A stretch of 64,000 bases of DNA. It comes from Nitrosopumilus sp. Lineage in GTDB: Archaea; Thermoproteota; Nitrososphaeria; Nitrososphaerales; Nitrosopumilaceae. The notes below the pieces were generated by a model. That model had not been told where the DNA came from, searched no databases, and was given only the letters and a program-made list of their open reading frames with translations. Of the stretch, positions 1-9,641 are shown piece by piece. The translations under genes and the position numbers were made by a program. The stretch is taken from assembly GCA_965197525.1 (NCBI GenBank), contig OZ240211.1, positions 1,824,001 to 1,888,000 of the forward strand, written 5' to 3'. The stretch's first letter is position 1; the number at the start of each line of letters is the position of its first letter.

Positions 1-36
1 AAATCCTGGAGCAACATCCCCTACATTCAACGGCAT
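1..36 (-). CDS. Peroxiredoxin/AhpC-TSA family protein, N-terminal 12 codons only (runs off window start)
   Basis: Minus strand from ATG at 36 reads MPLNVGDVAPGF, the typical peroxiredoxin N-terminus (xxxVGDxAPxF). Confidence 0.7.
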   Translation of the reverse strand, partial: MPLNVGDVAPGF

Positions 37-254
37 ACTTGCCGTATAATTTTGTGTTATTAATCTTTTTACAAAAACAGTTTTTTGGAGGCTTTTAGAG
101 GAGACACGGTTTTCAATTATTGGCGTTTGAAGGCGTTGTCATCTGTAGGTATTAATCAACGCACACACTCTGTTGACTGTCACCTTTACTATGGATTGTA
201 TCTCATATAGTTTACAAATACTTGTTTTATCCAACTCGTTGCTTGTGGCAAGTA

Positions 255-277
255 CTAAAACGATTGAATTATATACA
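255..277 (+). repeat. attL-like direct repeat CTAAAACGATTGAATTATATACA
   Basis: Identical 23-mer at 25561-25583 beside the integrase. Confidence 0.85.
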
Positions 278-545
278 TAAAAATTTTTTTCGTGCGTGTA
301 AAAAACAGATTCCTTTGTTGGTAATTTTGAATGAAAACTAGTAGACATTATGCAATGTTTTTTTGGTTGCATGTTACACAAGTCATGATTGTATCTAATT
401 TAACGTTTCTTTGATTTTGGTTTTGGTAAATGTTGGGTCAATTGATATTATTTGATATCTCTTGATGTGGGGTTGATCCTTATTTGAGCTACTCTTTGAT
501 ATTCTATCAAAAATAATGATGGCTTGGAAAAATCTGAATCTTTGT

Positions 546-850
546 AATTGTTAGAAGATTAATTACCTTGCATGTAAGTAATTGTTAAAACAATTGTTAG
601 AAAATATTTTGTAATTATACAAACTATTAGAGAGTTGCTCAACTTACGAGTAAGAAAAAGTTAGAAATAAAATTAGTGCGTAAGTTTTGCAGTAATCCGC
701 GCGTAAGTTTCCAAGCTAGGATCTAGTTTTAACTTCTAACAAATTAGAACTTTCTCACAATTACTAAATTTGTTAATTTTCTAACTTTTTGGAATATGTT
801 AGATTGATCAGAAATCATGTATATTGATTTATGTACAATTCTAACTTTTT
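546..850. repeat. Cluster of short GTTAGAA/TTCTAAC motifs in an AT-rich non-coding region
   Basis: GTTAGAA at 550, 596, 660; TTCTAAC at 734, 779, 839; 12-mer AAAAAGTTAGAA at 655(+), 779(-), 839(-). Confidence 0.55.
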
Positions 851-1086
851 ATCTATAGTAATCAAATCAATTTTGTAATTGTAAACGTCACTAATTCCTA
901 TCTGATTATTATACCATGTCTGAAAAACCTAATTTTCACCCTTTATAATATGGATACTTCTTTCACAATTTGTAACAACACCTGACACAAAAATCTTCAT
1001 AATCTGGACATTCCTCATATGTAAGGATTAATTTTTCTTCTGCACTGGAACATAAATTTCAATAACACTATTTATCCTATCATGCA

Positions 1087-1749
1087 TTATTTTTCTTCTA
1101 CTCGGTAATCTATTCTTTTTATCACGTTTACCACAAAGTCAAAATTCTGAATCAATGTTTGATCTTTTTCTGGATGAAGATTCTTTTTTATTTCCTCTAT
1201 GCCGCACTCGACTAGCAGACTTGCTATATCTCTATAATATTTTTTGTACTTGTCTCTGTACTGATCGTCACTATCTTCTTTGGATTTTTTGTATGTGACA
1301 CGTCTACCAAGATCTTGACGTATTATTCCCTGTGGATGAAATGCAAATATAGAATCTAATAGTTTTTTCATCATATCCAAATTAAAGATATCTGTGGCAA
1401 GTTCTCTTTGAAGATTCTTAAACTGTTGTAATACGTACTCCTCTCCTATGAGATTGAAACTTAGAGTAGATCTTACTATATCTGAATTCAGATCCGTGTA
1501 TTTCTCTCTTATGTATTTTGTATTCTGATCTGTGGATTTGTCTGGAGTAATGTTGGATATTTTGATTACTTCCGATAACAACATAAATGCATCCATAGTG
1601 TTTGTTATCTTGCTTCTGATATCCTTTTTTGCCTTGGATAACCTCTTAGTCTCTGTCTTTGACTTGTATTTTACTCCAAATTGTTGGTTATAATGACCCT
1701 TGAGAAAATCTAATATCTTTTTTTCAAATTGACTGGGTTCATCACTCAT
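1087..1749 (-). CDS. Hypothetical protein (220 aa, charged, helical)
   Basis: Long ORF in AT-rich DNA; no motif recognised. Confidence 0.7.
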   Translation of the reverse strand: MSDEPSQFEKKILDFLKGHYNQQFGVKYKSKTETKRLSKAKKDIRSKITNTMDAFMLLSEVIKISNITPDKSTDQNTKYIREKYTDLNSDIVRSTLSFNLIGEEYVLQQFKNLQRELATDIFNLDMMKKLLDSIFAFHPQGIIRQDLGRRVTYKKSKEDSDDQYRDKYKKYYRDIASLLVECGIEEIKKNLHPEKDQTLIQNFDFVVNVIKRIDYRVEEK

Positions 1750-1985
1750 GATTAATATTGGTCGAACTATCTTAAAAATCTACTATATATAACGAGACAT
1801 TATATTTTACAGAGCATAGTTTGGATTTGCATTGTTAAATCTTTGATTGTTTTCAACCATCTGTTAAATTAAATTGATAAAATTTTCACTCTGGTACATC
1901 TTCGAGGAATTTCGTCAAATTGAAACTACTGTTACATTTGAGTGTCAATGTGTTACTTTAGAGGGATGATTTACATGCTTTTGAC

Positions 1986-2750
1986 ATGTGTTTTATATGC
2001 TTAAATCCTACATTTCTAATGGGTAACATGGGTGAAAATCTTCCAATCCGTATTCATCAAACTTTGGTGAATCTTTTGGGAATGTACACATATGATGATG
2101 AAGTGCTGATACTTGAATCTGTTGCCAACGGAATTGACGCAAAAGCTTCTGAAATAAAAATAAATTTCCATAAAGAAGAAAGTAACAATTTCATAGATAT
2201 ACACAATAATGGAGATCCCATGTCCAAATCGGATTTTGCAAATTATCATACGATTTCACTATCCAGTAAAAAAAGGACAGCCGATCGGTTTTGCTGGTGT
2301 GGGAGCAAAAATATTTTTAGGTTCACCACATGGCAAAGAGATAATTACAATTACAGGGGATGGTAAGAACTTCTTTCTTTCGAGAATGTATAGGAATAAA
2401 AGTGATGTTAAATATGAAACGAGTTTGAAAAATTTAAAAACCGACGACGGAAAACTGGTGCCAAAAAACTATAGACAGTTAAAAGGAACTACATACAAGG
2501 TTAAGTTACCAGTTCTAATTTTGAATCATTTACAAGAATACATTGTAGACATAATCCAATTTTGGTTTAATCAAGGAATACTGACAAATAAGTTATCAAT
2601 CAGCGTAGACGGTAAAAAAATAAATGCATGGGAGCCGGTAGGATAGAAGTTCAAAAGAACACTAAAACACAAATCCCATGAAATACCATGTTACTTTTAT
2701 ATATGTAAGGAACCAATTATGGAAGACCGCCGACACCTGACGTCAGATTT
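1986..2750 (+). pseudogene. GHKL (HATPase_c, MORC/Hsp90-like) ATPase pseudogene
   Basis: ORF 1986 has ESVANGIDA and HNNGDPMS (N and G1 boxes); ORF 2209 has GFAGVGAK (G2 box). Frameshift in the A7 run near 2268-2274, in-frame TAG at 2644-2646, then truncation. Confidence 0.8.
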
Positions 2751-2965
2751 GGAGTACGTTTTGGTTAGATGCATATGCAGATTGTTTAAAATGTGGGTCA
2801 GATATGGACTCTTGTACGTGTTATACTTGATTTAATCATCCGTATCTAATCGAGGTCGTATTTTGTTTATCTCATCCTTCATGTTTTGTGGGAGTTGTTC
2901 GTATTTTATCGCACCAAACTGTAAAGCCATTAGAACCTGGTGAGCATTTAGTGTCTTGAACTCGG

Positions 2966-3197
2966 CGCAATTTCAAAATATTACAGAACAATCAGGTTTA
3001 ATCTTGATCTATTTAAATATCTGTACAGATCTACTCCGAAGATCCTAACGAACTTTGTCTCGTAGATATGCTATTCAGCGTTTACTGTCATGTGCAACGC
3101 AATTTCAAAATATTACAGAACAATCAGGTTTAATCTTGATCTATTTAAATATCTGTACAGATCTCCTTCGAAGATCCTAACGAACTTTGTCTCGTAG
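2966..3197 (+). repeat. 100-bp direct repeat, two copies (2966-3065, 3098-3197)
   Basis: Copies differ at 2 positions (ctactccgaa vs ctccttcgaa); period 132 bp. Confidence 0.9.
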
Positions 3198-3455
3198 CTA
3201 TACATTGTTCATGAAATAAATCAGACATGCTATTTACAAAGATGCGCTTGGGTTTCTTCCAAGTTAGAGGTAGTCTTATGTCATCGGGATGTTCTATGAA
3301 TTGAAAGTTGTTCTTGTATTTTGATATGCCCTGGCTTGTAATTGCTTTGATAGTTTTTCAGCATAGCAATTTTTACAACCTAGGGATACTGTAGTGCATC
3401 CTGTTGTAGGATTCCATGTTGCATTGGTTCATTCAATAGAAGAAATATTTGCCAT
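3198..3455 (-). pseudogene. DUF5131 (phage Gp37/Gp68-like, three-Cys radical-SAM-like) pseudogene
   Basis: Reads [34 protein letters not shown], then after a 1-nt frameshift PLTWKKPKRIFVNSMSDLFHE. TGA replaces Trp; truncated at the 100-bp repeat. Confidence 0.85.
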
Positions 3456-3528
3456 GTTCTTATTAGATCTGCATCTTACTAAAACCATTCATTAAACAAT
3501 ATATCTTGGAATTTATGGTATTTGGTAG

Positions 3529-4179
3529 ATGGTTGAATTAATTAATAAAATAATGATTGTGGGGATAATTTCTGCAGTAATTATTATTGGCATGATGTCT
3601 TCTACAATAAACACATCTTTGTTTGATGATTCTTTAACTTGGGCAGCACTCATAATTTCAATATCTGCCGGAGTGATCATAACCCTAATTGTAGATAAAA
3701 AATCTTCAGATTCACATAATGAAGTAGTTGGTGCACAGAATGAAATTTCTAATCTTTTAGCACGTTTAGATGAAACTGATCAAAAACATGATGAAGCATT
3801 ATCTAAATTAAATCAAAGTAGAATAAAAAATGAAGAATTAGCAAAAAATTCAGTACTTTCGTCTTTATGCTATATCGAATCTATGTTTGATAAATTAATT
3901 TCAGCTTTAAAGAATAATCCCTTAACGGGTAAAGACATGAAATTAATTGTAAATGTGCTAGATCATTTAGAATCTCCCTTAAACATAATTGAACAAGCTA
4001 TACCACAAAGTAGTATTGAATTTAAGAGACATGGAACGGAAATACAAGATATAACTATGCTTATTCGAAGATTAATTATTGCGTCAGTAGCAGTATCTGA
4101 TGAGGAAGCAAAGAGAACATTTACTTTGATAGAAAAAACTCATCCAAAATTGAAGGCATTGATTCATAAAATCTCTTAA
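3529..4179 (+). CDS. Membrane protein, two N-terminal TM helices plus coiled coil
   Basis: Hydrophobic segments at aa ~8-25 and ~37-54, followed by a heptad-rich region. Confidence 0.7.
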   Translation: MVELINKIMIVGIISAVIIIGMMSSTINTSLFDDSLTWAALIISISAGVIITLIVDKKSSDSHNEVVGAQNEISNLLARLDETDQKHDEALSKLNQSRIKNEELAKNSVLSSLCYIESMFDKLISALKNNPLTGKDMKLIVNVLDHLESPLNIIEQAIPQSSIEFKRHGTEIQDITMLIRRLIIASVAVSDEEAKRTFTLIEKTHPKLKALIHKIS

Positions 4180-4562
4180 AGATAATAGTTTATTTTCCCT
4201 TTCATGTATTGCTGCAAAGAAATAACATTTTTTACCCACACTTGTGCCCCTTGAGGATGAAAATACCGTTTTGGACGAACAAATTTCTCAGTAACTTCCA
4301 CTTCCCAGACATAAGTTGAAAAAGAATCATCCAAACCATCTAAATTGGAATTATGCAGATGAACAGTTTTTTTTAATTCATCTACATCAAACGGACCTAA
4401 ATTTTTTTTAATTTTGATCTTGCCCAACATGTTTCCTTGGCTTAAAAGGAGAATTGTATTTCCTATTTTTGATTTTGGTACGGGTTTACTTCTTAATTCC
4501 CATCGTTTATTTCCGTCTATTATAAGATCTGCAAAAGGAGATTTTACAATTAATCCGTCCAT
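4176..4562 (-). CDS. ASCH-domain protein
   Basis: GLIVKSPFADLIIDGNKRWELR (GxKxxExR), YVW and HPQGAQVWV motifs of the ASCH family. Confidence 0.85.
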   Translation of the reverse strand: MDGLIVKSPFADLIIDGNKRWELRSKPVPKSKIGNTILLLSQGNMLGKIKIKKNLGPFDVDELKKTVHLHNSNLDGLDDSFSTYVWEVEVTEKFVRPKRYFHPQGAQVWVKNVISLQQYMKGKINYYL

Positions 4563-4565
4563 ATA

Positions 4566-5816
4566 TCATCCACTTTTATAATTCTTAATTTTTCTTTCTA
4601 ACGAACTAACTCTATTTTCGATTACGTCCTTGTCTATAATTGTCAAATCATTCCTAGCTAACTGGGCTAATGTAGATTTTCCTTCATTGTTATCTAGATA
4701 TTTTTTCAATCCTACAAACATATCTAAAGAGTGCTTCATTAGTACTTGATGTCTTTTGGTTAAATTCCTATAATCTGTTTTTTCTAATGAGATAGGAGAT
4801 AAGTCAGGATGAATCAAATGTTTCCAAAATTCCAAACAATTTATTAATATTCTAACTTTTTCTTTCCTTCTTATTTTTAACTTAGTTTCTGAGGATTCCA
4901 ACACATTAAACTCATAACACTTGTTGAGATTTTCACCTTCATTAATTGCATACAACGATAAAATCCTTACAAAACATGCCATGCAGATACCACACATTTT
5001 TGAAATCCCTTGAGACGTAGAACAGGACCATGTATATTGAATTAGTTTAGGTTCTTTGCTTGCTAAAATCACTTCCGATTTAGTTAATTCACTAAATGGC
5101 ATTTCAATTTGGAATTTTTTACCTGAAATTTCTTCAAAAATCCTTGTCCATTCTGAAATCATGTACGGATCTGTCGTTCGTGTAGGAGAAACTAACATTG
5201 AAACTGGATAATTTATCATGAAAGGTCCGTTTTCTGGTATTATTACTCGTTTGATGTCATATTCTGCTGCCATACACAGTAAGTTTGTGAGAAATGTTAC
5301 GCCCCTAACATGCAACAAAGGGATGTCTACAGTACGTTCTAACCCTAAATCAGTTTCAACTTTTGCGTGGTTATGTGGTATGCAATTTTGATAAACTGTT
5401 CTTGCAACTCCTTGCATTCTGTTACTGGTTATGGTGTGATTCAACAATCCACATTTGGTTCTATTTTGTTGTAACAATGGAAAAGATGAACTGTCAAGAC
5501 CGCCTGAGTAGAGACTCACAAAATCAAATGTAGCATCGCCAGGAAAACGTGTTTGTATTCCTGTTTTTGTTCTTTGTGAAAACTTAATTTTTATGACTCT
5601 GTCAGTCATAGTTTCATAAAATAACATTATATCGTCTAATTTTACATTAAATCGTTCAGGATCTGTAACTTTGATTTCAATTTCAGTGGAAAGGTGTTGT
5701 CTTGCTTCTGCAAGATGCACTCCAATTAGCAATTGTTGAAAATCTAAATATTCATCAGAAATTTTAAAATGTGCTTGATTTTGCCCGAATGTATTTTTTG
5801 GGGAAGTGTTAGTCAT
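4566..5816 (-). CDS. QatC/Cap9-like QueC-family PP-loop ATPase (7-cyano-7-deazaguanine synthase-like)
   Basis: SLYSGGLDS PP-loop; PENG...TRTTDP; Zn motif WSC-x8-CGICMAC. 416 aa with a QatC-type N-terminal extension, unlike ~230-aa housekeeping QueC. Confidence 0.85.
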   Translation of the reverse strand: MTNTSPKNTFGQNQAHFKISDEYLDFQQLLIGVHLAEARQHLSTEIEIKVTDPERFNVKLDDIMLFYETMTDRVIKIKFSQRTKTGIQTRFPGDATFDFVSLYSGGLDSSSFPLLQQNRTKCGLLNHTITSNRMQGVARTVYQNCIPHNHAKVETDLGLERTVDIPLLHVRGVTFLTNLLCMAAEYDIKRVIIPENGPFMINYPVSMLVSPTRTTDPYMISEWTRIFEEISGKKFQIEMPFSELTKSEVILASKEPKLIQYTWSCSTSQGISKMCGICMACFVRILSLYAINEGENLNKCYEFNVLESSETKLKIRRKEKVRILINCLEFWKHLIHPDLSPISLEKTDYRNLTKRHQVLMKHSLDMFVGLKKYLDNNEGKSTLAQLARNDLTIIDKDVIENRVSSLERKIKNYKSG

Positions 5817-6122
5817 TTATATCACTTCATCTCCAATTTCGTTTTCAAGTTCTGATAAAAGAGAATCTCCAAAATCTTTATTTTGGCTAGAATTGATAAT
5901 TGTTTTTAGTTCTTCTATTGTTTTATTTTTAATCTCTCTTACTATTTTCCTAGCTGATTGCGCAGCATTGTGTTCCGCTTCTCTAAGTAACAGATCCCGT
6001 TGTTTTCTAACTTCGGGTTTTTCAATTTCTGTTAACGACGCTTCGATTTCTAATTTATAAGCTGAATAAAATGTATTTTTATATAACTTAAAAAAATATT
6101 CCTGCTGATCTATTGTCAGCAT
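5817..6122 (-). CDS. Small helical protein (possible QatB C-terminal-like half)
   Basis: Abuts the QueC-like start; start overlaps the upstream stop (TAATG); acidic and helical. Confidence 0.65.
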   Translation of the reverse strand: MLTIDQQEYFFKLYKNTFYSAYKLEIEASLTEIEKPEVRKQRDLLLREAEHNAAQSARKIVREIKNKTIEELKTIINSSQNKDFGDSLLSELENEIGDEVI

Positions 6123-6475
6123 TAGTTTTCACCTCTATCAGATAATGTGTTGTAAAGTGCTTGACGAATGGAGTCTTTTCCAGCTAATGTTAGGTTTTTC
6201 TTAATATCACTAGGTATTTTTGAAACTGCATTACCAGAAATTTTTTTGATTGATTGTTCAGTAGTTGTTTTTGGAGATCTGTACGCAGAAATACCTGCTG
6301 CCAAAATACCGGTAATATAATCAGAACCGCCACTTTCTCTTACAGCTTTAGAAACTGTATATGCTGCTTTTTTATAATCGCCTTTGCTTATGTGGCTATC
6401 AAGTTCTTTTTTGAATTTTCTAGTTCGAACTTTCGTCCCTCGTCTGGTTAATTTTCTGCTAGGTTGGGTCCCCAT
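6122..6475 (-). CDS. Basic protein starting MGTQPS (QatB-like N-terminal Gly partner)
   Basis: Internal ATG at 6475 of the 6122-6520 ORF lies ~27 nt downstream of a TATA box (leaderless start); the MGT N-terminus resembles the MGTS start of QatB. Confidence 0.6.
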   Translation of the reverse strand: MGTQPSRKLTRRGTKVRTRKFKKELDSHISKGDYKKAAYTVSKAVRESGGSDYITGILAAGISAYRSPKTTTEQSIKKISGNAVSKIPSDIKKNLTLAGKDSIRQALYNTLSDRGEN

Positions 6476-6501
6476 AACTTTAATTAAAAACATGCATAAA
6501 A

Positions 6502-6509
6502 ATATATAA
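6502..6509 (-). promoter_or_regulatory. Archaeal TATA box (TTATATAT) with upstream GAAAAC BRE-like element
   Basis: Minus strand reads gaaaacTTATATATttttatgcatgtttttaattaaagttATG. Confidence 0.55.
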
Positions 6510-6876
6510 GTTTTCAACACATCTTGGGATTGTGGAGGGCAGTATGATGAAAAACACTATTGTATCTACTTGTTATATTATAACATACAGAGATTCGGCG
6601 TTAGGCTCAATTGCATAACAGCCTCATTACAAATTCCACTTAAATATCATATTATCTATAGAATATAAAGAGGAGACAATATGGGGAAATAGATCTTGAA
6701 TAGCGAAAATGTCAAAATCACTGTCAGTACGCCATTATTCGGCCTTGAAAATTATTCACATATTGAAAGAATTTTCAAAGTTGAAGCAGAAGAAGAGCCC
6801 TCTTCCAAGTTTCGTTTTCAAGAAACAACGTGTATTGAGAACAATCTGATTGTTTTGGCAGAGCAAAATTAATTCG

Positions 6877-8043
6877 TTAAATTTCTTTCCACATCATTTT
6901 TTCATTATGAAGATCTATTGCATCAACTGGCATACTATTGTTTAGTTGATCAACAATCATAGTTCCTACTTGACTAGCTATATTTTGTTGCATTTGTTGT
7001 AATATTTGTTGAATTTGTACAGGTACACTTTGGACTAGAATGTCGGGTGGAAGTTGGATTGGAACATTGATGTTGAGGTTAAGCTGTGGCGGAGCCCGTC
7101 TAATTTTTTTCAACTGAAGTGGTCCGGAATATTCATGGCATTTGTTTACTGACTCTATACATGCAATAATTGCATTCTTCTCTGTATATTCCTCATGATC
7201 GTCGTTATCAAAATAAGCCAAAGGATTTGCAAATGAGTTAAGTTGTAAATCCTCTTCATACTGTAAGAATAAATCCCAGCATAGTTTTTCTAACTCTTTG
7301 TCCATATCCTCAACTTGTAATCCTATCTGTTTTGCTTCATGTCTTCCAATAGAATGACCGTGAATGAATGTTCGTTCAGTTAACGTTGCTATTATTTCTT
7401 GAATCTTCGTTGTAGTTAATGCAGGTTCTACTTGAGAAAGCATTTTTTTTGCAACTGCTCTAATATGGGAATGTACACGATTCACTTGACCCAGTGTAGG
7501 AGGGCTCAATGTATCTGTAAGGGATTTTGTTAATGACGCTAATGCATTTTGATCCGTAATCCCAACTTTATCCTTTATGAAAGATATGTATGATGATACA
7601 TCTTCTGTACTCATTGGTTTCATAACAGGACTTGTTCCAGGTGGTCCTTTTCCTTTTTGCTCTTCAATCATTTGTGGATCGATTGGACCCAGTTCTCCTT
7701 TCCTACTCATTACAATCTTGTCTGCACCTAATGCAGTTAAGGTGGTAGCACTGAATGCTTTATAGGGAATCAATACGTTCAAACTTTCACAATATTCTCT
7801 TAGTATGCTAATAATTGGCCATGGGGTATCCAAATTACCGCCTAGTGAGTAGAGATAGAAATCAATTTTTTTAATTTTCTCATCACTGTTCATATTTTTT
7901 AGATGTTCGTAAAGCCATCTAATGGAATCACCTGCGATTCTAGCATTTAAAATAGGTCTATCCCCTACAAAATACACTAGAACTTTCGAATCACGATGTG
8001 ATTCTATTTTCCTTATAATCTCCTTACGTTCGGTTCTTCCCAA
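6877..8043 (-). CDS. ClpP-class serine protease (SDH_sah/DUF114 family)
   Basis: LYSLGG, PYKAFSATTLTALGAD, ELGPIDPQ and HGHSI motifs; Q/P-rich C-terminal tail. Confidence 0.85.
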   Translation of the reverse strand: MGRTERKEIIRKIESHRDSKVLVYFVGDRPILNARIAGDSIRWLYEHLKNMNSDEKIKKIDFYLYSLGGNLDTPWPIISILREYCESLNVLIPYKAFSATTLTALGADKIVMSRKGELGPIDPQMIEEQKGKGPPGTSPVMKPMSTEDVSSYISFIKDKVGITDQNALASLTKSLTDTLSPPTLGQVNRVHSHIRAVAKKMLSQVEPALTTTKIQEIIATLTERTFIHGHSIGRHEAKQIGLQVEDMDKELEKLCWDLFLQYEEDLQLNSFANPLAYFDNDDHEEYTEKNAIIACIESVNKCHEYSGPLQLKKIRRAPPQLNLNINVPIQLPPDILVQSVPVQIQQILQQMQQNIASQVGTMIVDQLNNSMPVDAIDLHNEKMMWKEI

Positions 8044-8340
8044 TTATAGATTTGACTTTAATACCTCTACATTAAAAATCTATAGAATTTATCAGCTAAG
8101 CGAAATGTGTTCCAAATCTGATGTTAGGTGGGTGGTTTGGGCTCTCGCATCAGATATTATTCTACCTGTATCTTAAATATCAACATGATTATGGTAAAAA
8201 GTTGATTCATCGCACCGATTATGATGAGGATGTTTTTACATGCGTTCAAATTACAGGTAGTTTTTTCTCGGCTCTTGACATAACAAAACACCTCTCGACA
8301 GTTAACACGACGAATTATCTCTCAACAAGCTAACAAAACC

Positions 8341-8391
8341 GAAACAAATACGACTTTATGTCCCTAATTTAACACCTTACTGAAAACTCCC
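8341..8391 (+). repeat. 51-bp IS-end-like repeat (second copy 19227-19277)
   Basis: 45/51 identity; both copies encode KQIRLYVPNLTP in one frame and end in GAAAACTCCC. Confidence 0.6.
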
Positions 8392-8448
8392 TAATTTTTA
8401 AGTGTACCAAAATGTATCAGTTATATGGATCGTTTGAAAGATTAAATC

Positions 8449-8781
8449 GTGCCCCTATCTGAAGACCAATGGGATAAAGGAGAGACAGACATCATTTCCC
8501 AATTAAAATCCGAGATACTAAACATTCTCAGATCAACAAAAGATGCGTATAATGTAAAGGAACTCATGGAGGCACTATCCAAGAATGATGTGAACCTTCC
8601 TGACGAGATTGAGGATAGTTTCAAGTCCCATGATGATGGACGATTATTAATTGACCCTCCACATCACGAAGTCGTTCTTGTGCAAGCGTTAAAGGACCTG
8701 TCCAATAATGGGATAATCCAAATCAAGAAGATCAACAATACCCAAGGCATGCCTGTTGAGTATTATAAAGAAAATAACTGA
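8449..8781 (+). CDS. Hypothetical protein, possible winged helix
   Basis: ILNILRS..YNVKELMEAL..ALKDLSNNGIIQIKK pattern. Confidence 0.55.
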   Translation: MPLSEDQWDKGETDIISQLKSEILNILRSTKDAYNVKELMEALSKNDVNLPDEIEDSFKSHDDGRLLIDPPHHEVVLVQALKDLSNNGIIQIKKINNTQGMPVEYYKENN

Positions 8782-8961
8782 CTTGCACATCTGGAGAAGA
8801 TCCACATATCTCCCCTATGTTACACATAGAATTATCTCCCTAAGGTGTTACAGTTCCAAATTCAATAGGTTGTTTCATAACCTTCTCAGTTATGCCCAGA
8901 CGGTTGGTAGGTGGCAGGTATTTTGCGTATGTGATTTAGAGTTATGAAACACACTAAAGTT

Positions 8962-8997
8962 CAGAAAATCCTTAAAAAGAGCGTACATAGATAACCT
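8962..8997 (+). repeat. Short copy of the IS110 right end
   Basis: cagaaaatccttaaaaagagcgtacatagataacct matches ~19182-19217. Confidence 0.65.
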
Positions 8998-9050
8998 ACT
9001 GCGTATCCGACTAATGAAGACTTATTAACAGCTTTTAAGAGTTTAGATTA

Positions 9051-9434
9051 TTGCTTTCAGATACAACTCAATCAAGTAAGAATTATAGAATTAAAGCAAA
9101 TCAAACACACAACGCTGATTGGAAGCGGGCAATAAAATTTGTCGCAAATATTGATGAAAAAATGCCGATTGCAAGCTCTCAAATTTTAGATCTGTCAGAA
9201 CATAATAGTACATTCGCTTTTGCTACCGAACTACATGTAAATTTTCTGACTTCAGCGATGCCGAAAATTGAAAAACCTCCAGTATATGTCGAATATTCTA
9301 ACAACCAAGAACATCTAATTTATAAAACCAAACAAATGATAATAGGAGAATTGTACCATATAACATGGAAAGGGCAAGAAATTGCATTACGAAAAACTGA
9401 AAAAGGTGAAGTTCAAATTCTAGAGTTGATTTGA
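9051..9434 (+). CDS. Hypothetical protein
   Basis: First of three overlapping or abutting ORFs. Confidence 0.55.
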   Translation: MLSDTTQSSKNYRIKANQTHNADWKRAIKFVANIDEKMPIASSQILDLSEHNSTFAFATELHVNFLTSAMPKIEKPPVYVEYSNNQEHLIYKTKQMIIGELYHITWKGQEIALRKTEKGEVQILELI

Positions 9435-9640
9435 TAGAAATGGTAAACATAGAAGCAGGCATAAATGCAAAAGTAGTCGGTGGAAAGTTTAAAGTAGTAA
9501 GTAGTTATCCTGCAAATTTACTTCCATGTAACTCTCTTGTCGACAAAATAAAATTGAAGAAAGAAAAAACAGTTGTAGTAGTAGTACATACAGATGATCA
9601 TGGCGAAACATCAATTACTGAAAAAAAGATCGGTGAATAA
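9431..9640 (+). CDS. Small hypothetical protein (beta-rich)
   Basis: Overlaps the previous ORF by 4 nt. Confidence 0.5.
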   Translation: MIEMVNIEAGINAKVVGGKFKVVSSYPANLLPCNSLVDKIKLKKEKTVVVVVHTDDHGETSITEKKIGE

Positions 9641-9641
9641 C

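Noticed and set aside
139-381. 80-aa ORF at the island left end
   Set aside because: Spans the att repeat, has no motif, and is probably spurious.
2966-3197. 100-bp repeat as a mini CRISPR array
   Set aside because: Only two copies, unit far too long, and no cas genes.
4566-5816. Housekeeping queC, type IV CBASS or dpd cluster
   Set aside because: Too long for housekeeping QueC; no queD/queE, TGT/DpdA or CD-NTase nearby.
6476-6520. Upstream start MLKTYIF of the 132-aa ORF
   Set aside because: Overlaps the TATA box; ATG 6475 fits a leaderless transcript better.
6696-6872. 58-codon TTG ORF between the Qat-like operon and the protease
   Set aside because: Short, opposite strand, no motif; insufficient support.
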